DNA from: Octopus sinensis
Taxonomy: Eukaryota
NCBI RefSeq assembly: GCF_006345805.1
Contig: NC_043010.1
Span: 12,958,001-13,022,000 of the forward strand
DNA length: 64,000 nt
Direction of reading: 5' to 3'
In this document: in pieces, positions 63,393-64,000 of the stretch
How positions within the stretch are numbered: position 1 is the first letter of the stretch
Layout: every line of letters starts with the position of its first letter
Translations under genes and position numbers: made by a program
The notes under the pieces: model-generated
The model's input: only the letters and a program-made list of their open reading frames with translations
Database searches by the model: none
Told to the model about the DNA's origin: nothing

Positions 63393-64000
63393 GGACCAAC
63401 TAAATTCAGAATTGCTTAATAATATATAAATTTTGCGTATAAATTCTACTAAAACTTACAGGAAAATTCTTTATGACATAAACTTATTTTTACTCTAAAT
63501 TTTACTTTCAGTTAGCTAAATTAACGATTTTTAAAAAAATATAGTTTAAACTAGAGTATTAAAAATTTTCATTTAGCAAACTACGTCTGAAATTTTCAGC
63601 AGTTGCATTTTGAAGTGTTTTGCTCAGCAGTATTGATAGAGATACATAAATTCACTTGAAATGGGGGTAAAAATGGTGAAAATAAAAGTTAATACAGTGG
63701 TGTGAAGGAAGCTCAAAGCAGTCAGAACTAGCATCAAAGCTGGTAATAGCTTTTTCTTAGTTGATGGATACAAATGGGATATATGGGAAATTACTGAAGA
63801 CATTTAAAGCACCTGTTCCTGTTTTGGGGGTCTAGATGAGGAGAAAATAAAATCTTTGATAAAATGGGTTTCTCCTTCTTTTCAGTAAGGAGTGGCTGTG
63901 TGGTAAGTAGCTTGCTTACCAACAACATGGTTCCGGGTTCAGTCCCACTATGTGACACATTGGGCAAGTGTTTTCTGCTATAGCCTCGGGCCGACCAAAG

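Overview
This is a very AT-rich, repeat-dominated metazoan genomic window. The SINE families and microsatellite load point to an octopod cephalopod (Octopus sp.); this is an inference, not database-checked. No intact host gene, rRNA, bona fide tRNA or CRISPR array is supportable, and almost all supplied ORFs are microsatellite or SINE read-throughs. Content: (i) five interspersed SINE-like families, labelled A-E by diagnostic sequence, many nested, some with clear TSDs; (ii) LINE relics (RTE, CR1-group, Tx1/L1-like); (iii) DNA-transposon relics (mariner deletion derivative, maT/DD37D-like transposase, piggyBac-like, hAT-like and foldback MITEs, two Helentron/HINE-like elements); (iv) long micro- and minisatellites; (v) a few unverified exon candidates. 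The main find is at 56075-56880: a 360-bp, highly structured repeat unit carrying a minimal type-I hammerhead ribozyme with a U3-A8 covariant core and a palindromic (dimer-forming) stem III. It is arranged as about 1.5 tandem units joined head-to-head to an inverted truncated unit inside a (TA)n tract, consistent with a retrozyme or Penelope-pLTR-like element. A second, tRNA-headed element with a decayed hammerhead lies at about 23.5-23.9 kb. Also notable are SINE arrays with a 184-bp period inside single TSDs and an apparent GGTA target bias, and a microhomology-flanked inverted templated insertion inside an RTE LINE.
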